A stretch of 64,000 nucleotides of DNA from Eledone cirrhosa (lineage: Eukaryota): positions 202,368,001-202,432,000 of the forward strand of contig OZ024743.1 in NCBI GenBank assembly GCA_964016885.1. The letters are read 5' to 3'. Shown here piece by piece: positions 24,164 to 39,100 of the stretch (its first letter is position 1; each line of letters opens with the position of its first letter). Position numbers and translations under genes: made by a program. The notes below the pieces were generated by a model. It had not been told where the DNA came from, did not search any database, and worked only from the letters and a program-made list of their open reading frames with translations.

Positions 24164-26343
24164 TATGGGTCGAGAAGGTACTTTGATCGGGTAATATTAT
24201 ATGATGATTTGTTCCGACTAGCTAACGAAGTAGACCTGACTTTTAACTTTGATATTAACTTTGAGTTCTATTTTGTAGTTTCCAATTCATATTTAATTGT
24301 TAAGGCTATTTTCTAGATGCTTTGGTTGAATGGTGAATTTAACGTGTAGTGGGATATTGCTTTCATAATGATGGTATTGGTGGAGGTATTTACTCTTAAA
24401 TATCATCGTTTTCTAATTTAATATGTTTGCTTAAGTACTAATTCTGTATTTAAGGATATATTTCAAATTTGGTTTTCAACTTTATCATTATTATATTGGT
24501 GTTTGGGACATAACTGAACAAAGGTTCTTATATATAATTATTATGGAAGGTTTTTAGATAAATATAAACACTGTAAACCTTTCGTTACCATATTGCTAAT
24601 AAAATTATGGCATCGTTTATTTGCTGTTTAGTGTAGGTTTTTGTTAATTTTTGGTTTTCATTTCTTGGATAGGAGCTCTAAATATTTGCGGGTTCCAAGT
24701 ATAATTGTTTAGTATCCCTATTTTCCTTTCTATTGTTTGCATATTTATTTCCCTATTCTAATGTAAAAGTTTAATTTTTTAATTCGTAAGTTTTTTTTTA
24801 TGGTGAATGTTAACGAGTATTAAACAATGTTTTCTAGATTATGGTGATTAACGCAGTCTATGACTGTGAATATTATTGAAATTTGGTTTCATTTGCATAA
24901 ATTACGTCCTAATTCTGAATTTAATGAATTATTCTAAATAATATTTTTTCGCTAATTTATAGACTGGTTAATTTAGACTTCAGTTAATTTTAGTTTTAAT
25001 TCTGTTTAATTTTAATTTCAATTTCTCATAACATTCACTGACCTTTGGGTCATTAATTCAGAGTTTTGTGGGGTTGCTTTAGCAACAGTCAGCGAGTATA
25101 ACTTTTGTATGCTTGTTAGTTTAGTAGTATAATTTATGTAAGTACACTACAGTGTATATGGCACAGATGTATCAGTTAACCCCAACTCGATAGACATAGT
25201 GAGGGCAGATGTAGCCTGGTAAAATAGTTCCAGTATAGAGTGAGTTTTAACTTCAATTTTATTCGGTCATATTGTTGATTGTTTTGGTGTTATGATCTTG
25301 TTTTAGATATATTATTTAGTTATATGTCGTATCATTATTGATTATACAGTAAGCACCGGGTGGGTGGTTTTTCTTGTAGTGGAGTGCTTTGGGTGTCATC
25401 ATAATATACGGCGTGTCATGAACCTCAGAACCTAGTAGAACCCATCCCACAGAATATCCGAACACAATCGATTACTACAAGGGAAAGAGAACGCTCACGA
25501 GAGAGAAAGCGGGAAAAACCCAAAGATATTGAGATTTTTACGATATTTATCAACATTGGATGGGAAAAGGCAAAGTTGGTCTCAGCAAGTTTTGAACTCA
25601 GAGCACAGAGATTCAGAAATAATAGCGCAAAATATTCTATCAGAGGTTCTATGGATTCTGCCTAATCCTCTGCCTTTCTACACCCTAATACTCTTTAAAA
25701 TCAGGAAGGAAGCTTTGATTACACAGCCGTAGACAGGAAAAAAAGGCTAGCAGAAATCGAAGTCCTTTGATCATAGATCTGTTTGATATGGAATGACCTG
25801 GAGATTAAACATCATCACTATTAACATCACCACCACCACCAACAACAACAACAATAATAAAACAACGTGACATAAACATTCATAAACGCACTGTATTCTC
25901 CCATTTCCCTCCCTTCCTCTCTTCTTTCTCTCTCTTTTTTCATATCATTTCCATCTCTCTCTTTTTGTCTATATTGCTCTCTTCTCTTTCTTTCTCTCCT
26001 TAGATATATATATATATATATATATATATTTGTGTGTGTGAGTGTGTGTGTGTGTATGTGCGTGTGCTGTGTGTGTGTATGTATATGTGTGTTTGTTTTC
26101 AATAACTACGAAAAAGAAAAAAGGTCTTATATTTGATAGTAAATGAGAAATTAAAGGATCAAGTTACGCACAAAGACAGACACACTCACAAATACATACA
26201 TACATACAGACAAACAAATAGACAGACAATTAGAAAGGCATATATATATATATATACATATTTATATATATATATCAATAAATATATATATATATACACA
26301 CACACACATACATACACACACACACGCATACACACACACACAC

Positions 26344-26379
<36 letters not shown>

Positions 26380-26771
26380 ACTCATCCATATATCTATGTT
26401 ATATATATACACATACACTACATGGAGGCGATCTAGTAAATACCAAAATTATATTATTGTTACTTGAATGGACATCTGTTCATCCTTAGCAATAATTTTC
26501 ATATTTTCTCGTCTTCAAAAATCGATGTATGTGTTATAGCATGCCAAGAATTCCGCAGCAAACAATAACTATCATTATTGATCCGATTTCGTGACTCTTC
26601 GTTCCAATAATGGTTTCGTTATTGACCAATATTTGAAGAATTTTACATAGCAATATATTTTGCTAACTTTATGTACAATAGCAGTGGTATATATATTAAT
26701 CAAATTATGGCTATCCGTATCTTCATGTGTTTCAATGTGTATGCATATATGTATTTATTTATACATATACA

Positions 26772-26867
<96 letters not shown>

Positions 26868-27029
26868 TATATATATGTGTGAGTGTGTGTGTGTGTATGA
26901 TTATGTGTGTGTGTGTATGTGTGTGTTTGTGTCTCACATGTTTCTCTCTGTGTCAACCAACACCTCTCTCTTTATACATTTACATAGTTAAATATGTATA
27001 TATATATATGTATATATGTATATATATAC

Positions 27030-27111
<82 letters not shown>

Positions 27112-27112
27112 G

Positions 27113-27156
<44 letters not shown>

Positions 27157-27908
27157 CGACGTGTGTACATATATAAATTTGCATATATACGCGTGCATGT
27201 ATGCGATGTTTTGATTCCAGGATCAATCAATCATAATTAATAATATTGGATATCGAGACATCGACACTCTTCACATTTTGTGTATCTTGGTGTGAATAAT
27301 AGCTAAGGTTGAGAAATATTTAATCGACAACTATTATTATACTTTATTCATTGTTTATCGATAGAATATTGGAAATGGAGTATAAATGTACTTACACATC
27401 TATACATGTGATCGGACACTGACACGCCGCCACACATGTTTAACGGTTTCCGTGCATGATATGTAAGTACATGTGATTATGTGTGTGTGTGTATGTGTGT
27501 GCATGTGTTTCTGCATGTGTGTGCCTGCGTTTGTTTGTGCTTGTTTGATGTGTGTCTGCGATTGTTTGTGCTTATTTATGTGTGTTAGTGTATAAGTGTG
27601 TGTGAGTGTGTGTGTTTGTGACTGTGTGTGTGTGGCACATTTATGTCGTCTAGCCTATGTACAGCTTGCTTCCATTATTCAGCGGTTAATAACCCAACAA
27701 TGGAGCAACCATCAATGTATTCGATCGACCTGCAAGAAATAGAAGGCAAATATCGTTTATACGACCCTTTTGTTTCCTAAAAAAAATAAGATACTTTATG
27801 TAATCTATTATATATGGAAAAAAAGGTAAGGTTTGCTCATGGAAGCAATCCATTCATGTATTCTATCAGGGCTCACACGGGGTTTAAATAAATTCATCGA
27901 ACACGACG

Positions 27909-27913
<5 letters not shown>

Positions 27914-28004
<91 letters not shown>
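27914..28004. repeat. (CTA)n-(TAA)n microsatellite / LINE tail
   Basis: Direct reading. Confidence 0.95.
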
Positions 28005-28006
<2 letters not shown>

Positions 28007-31000
28007 TTTCATTTATTGGCCACAAGGGCCGACATATAGGGGACAATACAAAAGACTGGGACAGTGGGGTTTACAGAAAAAAATCGAGTAAACAATATGA
28101 ATAAACAAAGTAACAATAACAAAGTAACAATAAAGTAACAATAAAATTACACCAAGAAAAAATTCCCCAATAGAGGGGATGACCACCTAGGGTTCGCTCA
28201 GGTACCCCACCAGTCCTGAACGAACGACGCTTCGAGAGCATCCTGGAAGGGCACGCCTCTCTTCTTCAAATTTACCTACCTACAGCCGCATGACCAGAGT
28301 AGGCCCTCTCACACGTGCCATTCTCGCCACATTCACCCACCTTTCAGCAATGTACTGGGGGGGGGGGGGCAGCACTTCTCTCTAACCCTCACGTTCCTTT
28401 CCAAGTGAAACTTGAAAAAGTTGATGAGGGATTGGCCGAAGAGAAAAGTGTCTGTCTTCAGTCGTTTCAACCTCGTCCACCATGCAACCTCTTTCGCTAC
28501 TGCCACCAGACAGAGGAAAATTGCCTGCCCTTTCTGGCCAAAAGAAGGCGGCGGGTCGATCTTCACTATGGAGTCGGCCGATAGCCGGATCCGTTCTACG
28601 CGCAACAACAGCTGTTCAACATAACTCCACAAATCAGTAATGCACGGACACTGGACGAGTGCGTGCAGAACGGTTTCGTCGCTCTGCGCGCATCTCGGGC
28701 AGGTCCGTCTGACAGCACTTCCGTACCTGTAGAGTTTATCTCGAACCGGCAGTGCCCCCCGGTAGCACTGCCAAGCGAGGGATTTTTGGAAATGATCCAT
28801 CGTCCACGGCTCGAAAGTCCTCCGGTACAGACTGGTTAGTTCGACTTCGTTGACTCCCAGAGCCTCTCCGAGTCCGTCGTCGATTTGCCCACCACTAATC
28901 CTCTATAGAACTCGAGAGTGGAAGTTCCACTGACCGCATTACCCGCCTGGTAGAGGGCAGCGAGTGCCTGGCAACATTCCAGATGTCAGTCACCCAGTCT
29001 CGGTCTCTTCTTGATCCAGGACTGCAGCTCAGTCAAAGAAACGAGCTGCGGAAAGGCCCGTCTGACAAACGGCGACCACAACTATTCACCGTTTAGGCAG
29101 AATATCTGGAGATGCCGCAGGCTCAGCGCGTGCATCATTAGCCACGGCATGCCCAGCCCTCCACGTAGAGGGTGCTGGCAGCAGATGGACCGCCTCACCA
29201 GCGGAACCTGACCCCTCCACAAGAATTTGAAGAGGAGCCGCTCCAAGATGTCGAGGCGCGAACGGGAGCAAGCGACGACAGTCAGACGGTAGTAGATGAC
29301 GGACGCGATGTACGCGTTCGCCACCTCCGCCCGACCTTTCAGTGATAGCTTCATCCCAACCCATATCTGGATGAGACTGGCTATCCTGCCCGTCACCTCG
29401 TCCCAATTCTTATCCACATGGAGGTCTGGCCCTAACCAAACCCCTAGCAACTTTACCGGTCCGTCTGCACAGCGCCTAACGACGCCGTTGGACGGCATGG
29501 ACTTGCCTCCCCAGGTGCCGAGTTGCAAGCCCACTGACTTTTCCGGGTTCAGTTTTGCTCGCGTCAACCTTTCAGATTTCTCCAATAAGTTGCCGACCAC
29601 CTCGATTTCTGAGGTGTCCGACACCATCACGGTGATGTCGTCCGTGATGTCATCCGCATAAGCCGACACAGCTTTTCCGCGTCCCAGTTCGAGCGGGATG
29701 CCCTGCAACAGCTCTGCAGTAAAGGCTCGAGAGTCAATACGTACAGAAGGGAGGAGAGAGGGCACCCTTGACGGACCGATCGGGAGACCTGAAACGGTTG
29801 CGAGAGGTGGACATTAATTTTGACCATCGAGCAGATGCCGCTGTGCATTGCAGCGATCCAGCTTCTGAAGACGGGGCCGAAGCCAGCCGCCTTGAGGACA
29901 GCCTCCAGGTACCGATGGTCGACACTATCGAATGCTTTCGATTGATCTAAATTGATCAGAGCCCCACCGAAGCCAAGTTTACACCCTCCCCTCTCTATGA
30001 TGTATCGCATTAGGTGGAGGTTATCGTGTATGGACCTGGTTGGGATTGCGCAAGTTTGCGTCTCCCCAACCAAATCCCCGACAACAAGCGTCAGCCTCTT
30101 CGCTAACACCCTGACCAAAATCTTAAACTCTGTGTTGAGAAGAGTTATGGGCCTGAAATTGTCTAATGTGTCCCTCTTGTTCTCGTCTTTCCTTATCAGC
30201 GTCACTACACCCCGGCTCACAGAACTGAGAATACTCCCGTGTTGCTGCCAGTTGCAGTAGAGTGCTTCGAGGAGATTGGAGAACAAGTCTGGCATATTTA
30301 CGTAAAGCTCGTAGGGCAGACCATTCAAACCGGGTAACTTGCGCCTCATGCAGCCGACAAGGGCATCCTGAACCTCGGCTGAAGTAATCGGCCTTTCACA
30401 GCGGCCAGCATCAGCCGTCAAGAGGTGCAGCAAGCCATCGATGTAGGGACTGAAGTCCGCCACCATGTCTGACCCGCCACTTCCCCCGAACAACCGAGCA
30501 AAATGTTGGCGAAAGGCCTCACACATCCTCTTGGAATCGTTCAGCTCTTGCCCGTCTCAGTCCGTCAAAGACCGAATTGTGGTTTTATTACCACGCTGCG
30601 CCTCTGCCACGCGGGCCCATCGAACAGCTTTGGTTCCCTCCTTTCTCAGAGCACGCGCCTTAGCTCTGACAATGCAGCCTTCGTGTTTCGCATTGAAGAA
30701 ATGGTCTAATGCCATTCTCGCCGCTAGCACGTCAGTTGCAATGCCACTACCAATAGCCTCGTCTAAATTATCTACGAACACCCCATCCTTTCTATTTTAC
30801 TCTAACGCTACTTCTTTGCTAAACTCTATCGAGATTACTCTAATCTCTCTTTTGAGAGCCCCGCACTATCTATTGTTTACGACATCCCCTGTCAACTTCT
30901 TCTTAACTAAATTGTTGACCTGGTCCCTGTAAGCCGTACGTGCCACAAATGACATGTTTAGCTTCCAGTAACCAGGTCCTAACCTAAGCATCTTATCTAG

Positions 31001-33916
31001 GTCGACCATACAGATCACAAACTTGTGATCTGAATAGGCGACCGTTTCAAAACGTGGACAGCTTACACTGTTTCTGTCTATTTTCCTAATGAATATCCTG
31101 TCTATATATGATCTAGATGACCCTATGCGGTTAGCCCAGGTCCACACTGGCGCATTAGAAAAATCTAGTCGGTACCTGTCAGACAGTTGGAACTGGCTGA
31201 TCAGGTTCCTGAGACTTTTGCACCCCCCGCTCCTATCGGATACTCCCACACAGTCCCAGCGTGCGTCTAACATGCGGTTCCAGTCCCCCGCTAACAGTAA
31301 AGGGCGAGACGTACCCAGAAAGACTTCTAGGCGTCTAAAGAAGTCCGGCCGTCCTTCCCCAGTAGGAGCATAGGCGGCCACCAGTCTAAAGGCACTACCG
31401 TCGTTATTGTTCACGTGCAGGGCCACCAACCTCCCGTCTGGGTCCCGGAAGATCGACCTTACCTCGAGATCCAGGCCTTTCCTAAACATCACTGCCACCC
31501 CGCCTCCCATTCCCGTCCGGCTTACAGATGCAAAGATCTGATAATCGTCGAAAATGGGGGCTACTACGAGCGTGTTTGAAATCCTGGTCTCGCTGACGGC
31601 AATTACATCCATTTCTATAGACCTGAGGTCGTTGAACAGGTGACCCTGCTCCAGGACGATCCCAGGCCTCGAATATTTAAACATCCTACTCTTAATACGG
31701 CCATGTTGGCAGGTTAAAAATAGAGAGAGGAAGGTTTACTTACCTTCTGGGCTCTTGTGAAAGTCGGATTGTTCGACCACCATAGTTGGTGGGGTTTCTT
31801 TTGGGAACCTTTTTAAAAGTCTTGAAGTGGGTTTTACATTCGGGGTTCCCACGTCCCGAGGAAAGCTGTCTCGTATTTCTTTGAATATATCGAGCGACGT
31901 TCGCACCAGAACCAAATCTTCCGGCACGCGAAATGTGCTCGATTTAACAATTTTCCCCTCTTTTTGTATAGTTTCACTTCGTGCTACGAGGGCCATCAGA
32001 TCCTGTTGGCCCTCCTGACGAGCACGAAGTTTTGTATGTTTTGTTGGTGTGAATTTATTTGTTTGCGTGGCTGTGGTGGTGATAGTTTTGGTGGGGTTTT
32101 TCGGTTGTGTCTGTGTTTGTTGTGAGTGCGGTGTCTGTGGTTTCAGATGTTTGTGTGTATATTTGTTCTTGCGTCTATTTAGGTTGTTTGCGTTTGTGGG
32201 ATTCTGGTGATGGTGATGGTGGTGTTGATGTTGGTGTTATTGGAGAGATGTTTGCGTGGGTGGTGTCTGCGTTTTTTTTTTGTGGGTGATTATGTGCTTT
32301 GTTGAGTTTTTTTTTCTTTTTGTGTTTCCTTTTTTGTATTTTGGGTGATTTTGGTTTTCCCTCATCTTTACTACTGGTAGATGAGCGGTCTGTGTCTGTA
32401 AGTGTGCCTGTATGTATGTTTATGGTTTTATTGGTGTGTGTATTTTTTGAGGGGGAGGGGGAATTTGACAGCTTTCCTCGTTTCCCCCCTGGGTGGTCAA
32501 TGTTGGTGGAGTTCTTTCTATTGGTGTTGTTGTTGGTGGTTTTGCCGGTTCTGGTGTTGTTTGTGGTCCTCACCCAGGCGTCGGCAGCAGTGGAGCTTTT
32601 CTACCCCTTGCCTCTTTCACCAGTTGAGGGCAGAAGGCTCGCAAATGGGGTTTTTCACCACAAACAAATCACTGCGGCCTTTTGCCTTCGGTCATAATGT
32701 GAATGACCGTCCCATTCTGAAGGCGAATGTGGTCCGGGATTGTCTTCACATTCTCGGGCCTGATCTAGAGAAGGATCTCCAGGTCAACCCCGTACCAGTC
32801 CTCTCTGGCCGTTCTGGTCACTTCTATAGGGATGGTATCCGTCCCCTCCACAATCACACATCCCAGAAGCCACCACATGTCAAGTCCTGGTTGGTTTCTG
32901 GAAATGCGGAGACGGGGCGTTATTTTTCCCATGTGGGAGGGGTACATTATGACCTTGCTGGTTGTGCAAGGAGTCATAGCGTGTTTCATAGCGAGGGCTT
33001 CTGAGTTGAACAACACCGAAATGGTGCCGTACTGTCTGCCCATCTCTGTATTCGGTGTCTTCTCTGATGCACCTAAGCTGACTTAGACATCTGCTTGTGG
33101 GATTAAAGCTACCCTTTTGGTTTGTGCTGAGATGCATCTATAATGCACCGTTCTGCGCTCCGTTGCCTCAATAGCTTCTACCGGAACAGTTAAGTTGGCC
33201 CAGGTTAGCTCTTGCTTGATGAGCTTCCATGCCTGGGCCAACTTTTCATCTTTGTTTGAAAGGTCCATGTTGAAGCATGGCCTCTTTTTTGCTGCTGCCG
33301 CAGCGAAAGTGTTCTTCTTGTTTTCGTTGGGGGTTTTGTTGTCATTGTCGTTGTTCTTGTTGTTGTTGTTGTTATCCCTGTTGCTGTTATGATTGTTATC
33401 TTTGTTGCCAGCGTTGTTCTCGGTGCAGTTGGTAATGGTGGTGTTGGTGTTGTCGCTATTTGTTTTCATGTTAGTGGTGTTGATATTGTTGCATTTGTCA
33501 TTTATTTTTTTTTGTTATCTGTATTTTCGTAGTCGCTGTTACTGTCATGTTTTTCAAAATTAGAGTTCTCATTGGTATCATTGGTGTCTTTGTTTACATT
33601 GTTTGTGGTGGTGTTTGTGTTATCAATGTGTGTTAATAACGCTGTAGCGCTCCTCTCAACTTCTACGTCGTTGTCGCACGACAGCAGACATATTGCTTAG
33701 TGGCTCAGCCATGTTTTTTTTCTTCGTAAATTTTTTAACATGTAAAAAAAGTTCTAATATTCGGGCCAAAAGGCCCAAATATTATACTTTCCATTTCACG
33801 GATCAAAATCTAAGGGCTTGTATCCCTTACACAACAAGAAATATTTAACAACAAATAATTTTAACAGGCAAATAAAGCGACTTACTGGGAGCGAGCAAAA
33901 TACGTCCGCTTAGATC
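28005..33916 (-). mobile_element. Near full-length Tx1/L1-clade LINE (ORF1 with CCHC knuckle; ORF2 APE-RT-Cys), multiple frameshifts and stops
   Basis: ORF1 ATG ~33712, knuckle *FVCGEK.HLRAFCP ~32620-32672; ORF2 ATG ~31704 (LNIRGL, SETR, GDWN, IDRIF, SDH, PGYWKLN, NFRPITLLN, SKAFDSVDH, QGCPLS, YADDIT, CPRC..ETVLH..C); AATAAA + (ATT)n tail; (AAT)n at both ends. Confidence 0.95.
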
Positions 33917-33971
<55 letters not shown>

Positions 33972-33972
<1 letters not shown>

Positions 33973-34714
33973 GGCTACAGAAGGAATGCTAATGGCTGCG
34001 CAGGAGCAGGCCCTCAAAACGAAGTGGTTGAAGCACCATATCTACAAGGAGGAGGCTAGCCCACTGTGCAGGATCTCTGGAGAGAGAGAGGAGACTGTGG
34101 CTCACATTGTGTCCGAGTGTAAACACCTAGCCCAGACCCACTATAAGGGCTGGAGACACGATGTGATGGGCAGGGTGATCCACTGGCACCTGTGCAAAGT
34201 AAACAATCTACCACATTCTGAGAAATGGTATGAGCATAGGCCAGAGGCGGTAATGGAGAACAGTCAGGTGAAGGTGCTGTGGGATTTTAGGATACAGACG
34301 GACAAAAAACTGGAACACAATAGACCTGACCTGGTGGTTGTGGACAAAGAAAAAAGATCGTGCCTGATTGTGGATGTGGCCTGCCCGTTCGACACGAGAG
34401 TGCAAGAGAAGGAGAGGGAGAAAATTAACCGATACCAGGACCTAAAGTGGGAGGTGAAAAGGATTTGGAACTGCCATGAAGTCAAAGTGATCCCGATTGT
34501 CATAGGCGCACTGGGGACTATCTCCAAAGGTTTCCAGGGATGGTTAAAGAAAATCGGCTCCTTCACGCTTTTTGGAACGCTTCAAAAGGCATGCTTGCTT
34601 GGAACAGCAAGAACCCTCCGATACGTCCTGAATATCTGAGGCTGCAGGTAGTGGCTTGATATTCAATCCAGCGGACTTTCCAGTTAACCAACATCAATGA
34701 CTGAGATTCAAGGA
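33972..34714 (+). mobile_element. 5'-truncated R4/Dong-like LINE (zinc knuckle + PD-(D/E)xK endonuclease) with (TAA)n tail
   Basis: AAQEQAL, CRI...ETVAHIVSEC, RHD, RPDLVVVD, IVDVACP, KINRYQDL, PIVIGALG; (TAA)n on both sides. Confidence 0.9.
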
Positions 34715-34725
34715 ATAACAATAAC

Positions 34726-34780
<55 letters not shown>

Positions 34781-34789
34781 GTAATAATA

Positions 34790-35312
34790 AAAAAGATCAC
34801 ATCTCAATCTTGTGGAACTTTAGCATCCAAACAGACCGAAAAATAGATGCAAACAGACCTGATATAATATTGAAAGACTTTCAAAAGAGGGTATGGCTGC
34901 TAATTGATATGTCTGTTCCAATAGACAAGAATGTATCTATAAAAACATTTGAAAAATTGAGCAAGTATAAGGACCTGGAGATAGAAATTGGAAAAATGTG
35001 GAAATTGAGAACTAAAACAATACCAGTGGTTGTAGGCGCTCTGGGAATGATACCTAAGGGGTCTAATGATTACATATCGCAAATCCCAGGAAACCCGCGT
35101 ATAGGAGAAATACAAAAGATAGTACTAATGGGAACTGCCCATATACTAAGGAAGATTCTGTCAATATAAGTACATCACAAGTCTAAACACTAAAGATGCA
35201 TGTGTGAATATGTATGTTCTTTCTTGAACATGGCGGACCTTGTTGTCTCTTGAGGTCACTGGTCGTGACTTGGTGATAACTCGTATGAACATAAAGGAAG
35301 ATAAATGCAACT
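34790..35312 (+). mobile_element. Second, different 5'-truncated R4/Dong-like LINE
   Basis: WNFSIQTDR, RPDIILKD, LIDMSVP, KLSKYKDL, PVVVGALG; (TAA)n on both sides. Confidence 0.88.
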
Positions 35313-35918
35313 ATAATAATAATAATAATAATACATTTACTAGAGCTGGTTTGTTTTCATTTTGGCGTAAATTGAAACCAAACATTTTGAGATACTCAAA
35401 TTCATTTTATTTTTATTCTAATACAAGGAAACGGTGAATGATCAAACTCTAGTTATATGGAAATTAGCCTATTGTTAAGTTTCTATGTGAGTCTTATTGA
35501 AGCATGATATAGATGGAATTGAATGATAACACGTACATTGTTCTGAGTTTATCTACTTTATAACGTATATTATGTGTAAGCTTCAACCTTGAATACTATG
35601 ACCTTTTCTACAGAAAACTTTGTGATTAAGAACTTGAAAATCTATCTCTAAAGGGTATTTTCTGTTAGAACCGTATTTTTGCTGGCAAGCAGTTAAATTG
35701 ATTACATCAAACATCCTCCTTGGCCTTAGATAAACTGGAAACCACCAATATAGCGTTTCTATACGTTGATAATTCAGGCGTTATAGGGGATGGGCATTGG
35801 TACTTGTTTAACAATTTCAAACTCAGTTATGGGACATAAAGGCACACATCCACACACACACAGGTATACACACACATGCACACACACACACAGACACACA
35901 CATATATATGTATATATT

Positions 35919-35965
<47 letters not shown>

Positions 35966-36025
35966 GTTATTCCGGGTTGAATCGGAGGTAACCACAGTAA
36001 GTAAGGTAGTCAATACATAGCAGAG

Positions 36026-36070
<45 letters not shown>

Positions 36071-36074
<4 letters not shown>

Positions 36075-36194
36075 GACAGGGGGGAAGAAAAAATGGCTTC
36101 ACTTGTGCTTTCAACAAATTTATTTTCTTCACGTGAAGAAAATAAATTTGTTGAAAGCACAAGTGAAGCCATTTTTTCTTCCCCCCTGTCCTAA
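36071..36194. repeat. Near-perfect loopless palindrome (~62 bp arms)
   Basis: ...ttattttcttcac|gtgaagaaaataa...; centre at 36132/36133. Confidence 0.9.
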
Positions 36195-36231
36195 TATACC
36201 TAACTGTACCAAGGATTACACACATTTTCCA

Positions 36232-36316
<85 letters not shown>

Positions 36317-37014
36317 ATTCATATATATATGATGTCTTTCTGCTTTTTCCTTCCACTAAATTCTTCCAAAATTCCTGTCAAAAAGCATTGGTCAACATGG
36401 GACTATAGTAGAAGACTCTTGATCAAGATATCGTGCACTGTGGCTGAATCCAGAACCACGTGTTTACAAATCCATCTATTTAACTACATGTTAGGCCATT
36501 CATGTGCCTAATAAGACCAGAACAAAACTGTAAGACTCCTGAATGTCTAATTCCTACGAGAGAGAATGATGCAATCATCAGCATAAATTGTCGCATACAC
36601 AAATACAGCACAAAATAGGAACGATGTACAAATAGTTTTGAAAGACAGAGTCGTTGTTATTACGGTTTCACATCAGGTCAGATGTTATTTTGCCCAACAT
36701 ATCACCAACAGAATTACAGATGTGTCATCACATAATTCAACAGGCAAAATCAATGACATTAACGTGTTGTTCTTTCAGAACCCGGCAGAATATGATGTGA
36801 TAGAGAGTTAGCTGCTATTTCCAGTAATCTGCGAGGCCGTGATGAGGTGCCTAGGCAAAATCAAGATGTTTATAGGATAATAATGAACAGATGATCTGCA
36901 TTTTCTTCTTTTTTTTTTCTTTTCATGAAAAAACTATTCTGTTCTATCAAGGATTATTTGGTTGTATGTGGATTGTATCAGACACCATGCTTTGACTCAT
37001 AAAGTCATAGTCCT

Positions 37015-37140
37015 TGCCAGTCTGAGTTCAAATCCCGCCGAGGTCAACTATGCCTTACATCCTTACGGGGTCGGAAAAATTAAGAACTAGTAATGCACTG
37101 GGTAATTAGTGGCCTTGTGCCAAAAAGTAGAAACAATTAT
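37015..37140 (+). mobile_element. OK-like SINE, 3' two-thirds
   Basis: tctgagttcaaatcccgccgaggtcaac...ggccttgtgccaaaaagtagaaacaatta. Confidence 0.8.
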
Positions 37141-38119
37141 TTCGTTGTATACAGAGAAACTTCAAAGAAAAATGAGTGCGAATATTAAGGCATAATGTAT
37201 TTCGAACGAGAAATCCTATGTGCATTGTTGATAAATCTGCACACATAGATTAATAATTCAAGATTATACATGTTAGGTATATGTTAACTTGAAGGTATAT
37301 TTAATATTGTTCTTGGTCTGAAACGAATGTCCACATAAATAATTTCATATTCGGTGAGGAAACTATTTGAAAGATAATCACATACTATGTACATACGTAT
37401 AGTAACAAGTGTAGTATTCTATGAAAAGTAGGCAATATATAGATATATACACACACAAAAATGTACACACAGATGTACATGCAGATAAACTCGCACATAT
37501 AGGTGCCTGCGTACAATTAGACGCATACATATGTGAGGGTGTATGTGTGTGGTGTGTATTCCTATATATATTCAAAAGAAAAAATGCATTTATGAATTCA
37601 AAATCAAAGAGATTCTTCAGACAATAGTGGCGTTCTAATTTAAACACTTATGCTTCTAGAAAACTTCACACATTACGTTTAATGGTGTTATACAAGTTAT
37701 ATTGTACGTTGATCCTATCGAGAATGACGAAGACTTCTACAAATCTGAATCTAATCATCGATTTTTTACTTCGAGACAAACGAGAACAAGATTCCAATTT
37801 AATTTTAGTCAAGGACAGCGTATTTTATATTGACTGAATTCTACTGATACTTAATACAACCAATTAAGTAGATATCTTATTTAAAAATATAACAATTGAT
37901 TTTATGATTGTGATTCAACTCTGCATAAGCTTCACCAGCCTACAAGAGGTTGCCCATCGTAGAAGTTTTCTTGGGTGTTTTAAAGTCTTAAGACAGACCA
38001 AAAGCCTACGTTTGTAATGTGTAAACATATCTCATAAACATGCATCTATAATCCAAAATAATTATATAATTATGCACACACATTGTCACAGACACAAACA
38101 CACATACACATTACATTGA

Positions 38120-38740
38120 CTAGCTGACGTACCCAGCTTCGCCAGGGTAAACAGATGATAAGAGAAGACAGGTAAAAGAGGTCGTTTTTCTTCATTCCTG
38201 GCTGCACGCCGTCGCCGCTGCAGTTCACTGTTTGATGAAGTCGAATTGCTTTTATTATCAGTATTCATTTCGAGCGATTGTGGAACGCCGCACGGGCACA
38301 CACATACACGCATAGAAACGCGCACACGCACGCACATTTACACACGCACCCGTGCACTTACACACACGCACACACTCAAACATGTGGATAGTTTTTACTT
38401 TCTGTGGAACGCTGCACGCACGCACACACACAAAAACATACGCGCATGTACATACACACGCACACATGTTAATAGTTATTGCTTTCCTTCCCCTCTTATT
38501 TGCACACACATCACACACACACATGTCTATACACTGACACATATACATAGTGTATCCAACACAACGTTCACTTTGCCTCTCTGTTTCTTACTCCCCCCTC
38601 TCACTCCCTCATTGGGATTATGCATATTAATTTCAGTTTGGCGCCGTTGAGGTGGGCGGAGTCGTTTGAAAGCTATGAACCAATGATAATCGAGAATTAT
38701 GACACACGGAATACTGACGTTTTTCAAATTAATATATAGA
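38120..38740 (-). mobile_element. Non-autonomous Helitron
   Basis: Minus strand starts TCTATATATT and ends with hairpin accctgg-cgaag-ctgggt then acgtcagCTAG followed by T. Confidence 0.7.
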
Positions 38741-39100
38741 CTAGCTGACGTACCCAGCTTCGCCCGGGTAAACAGATAATAAGAGAAGACAGGAAAAAGA
38801 GAAAATGACTGTATTGGATGTTTGTCTGGTTACAGTATGAGGCGAGACGTGGTGTCTGTGTAATACAGAAAATAGTAAAAATAATTCTTCCAGATATACC
38901 ACATTCTTCGTTGTACTGTTTGTGCATAGTATATGAACAATTCTAGGTACTCCCACCTAGAATAGTGACCACTAGGAGATGGTTCATCTTCTGCCTGACT
39001 GGAAAACGTTTTACCATTTCATAGATGTGGTTCTTCCACGTTTCTCAAAAGAATGATGGAAGTTCCAATCTTTTATAATATATGTAGATATAGATATAGA
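38741..39100 (-). mobile_element. Non-autonomous Helitron joined head-to-tail to the previous one
   Basis: A|TCTATATC...attataaaag start; acccgg-gcgaag-ctgggt-acgtcagCTAG end. Confidence 0.7.

Noticed and set aside
24165-25200. Possible decayed Penelope ORF on the minus strand
   Set aside because: Only vague compositional resemblance with many stops; not supportable by eye
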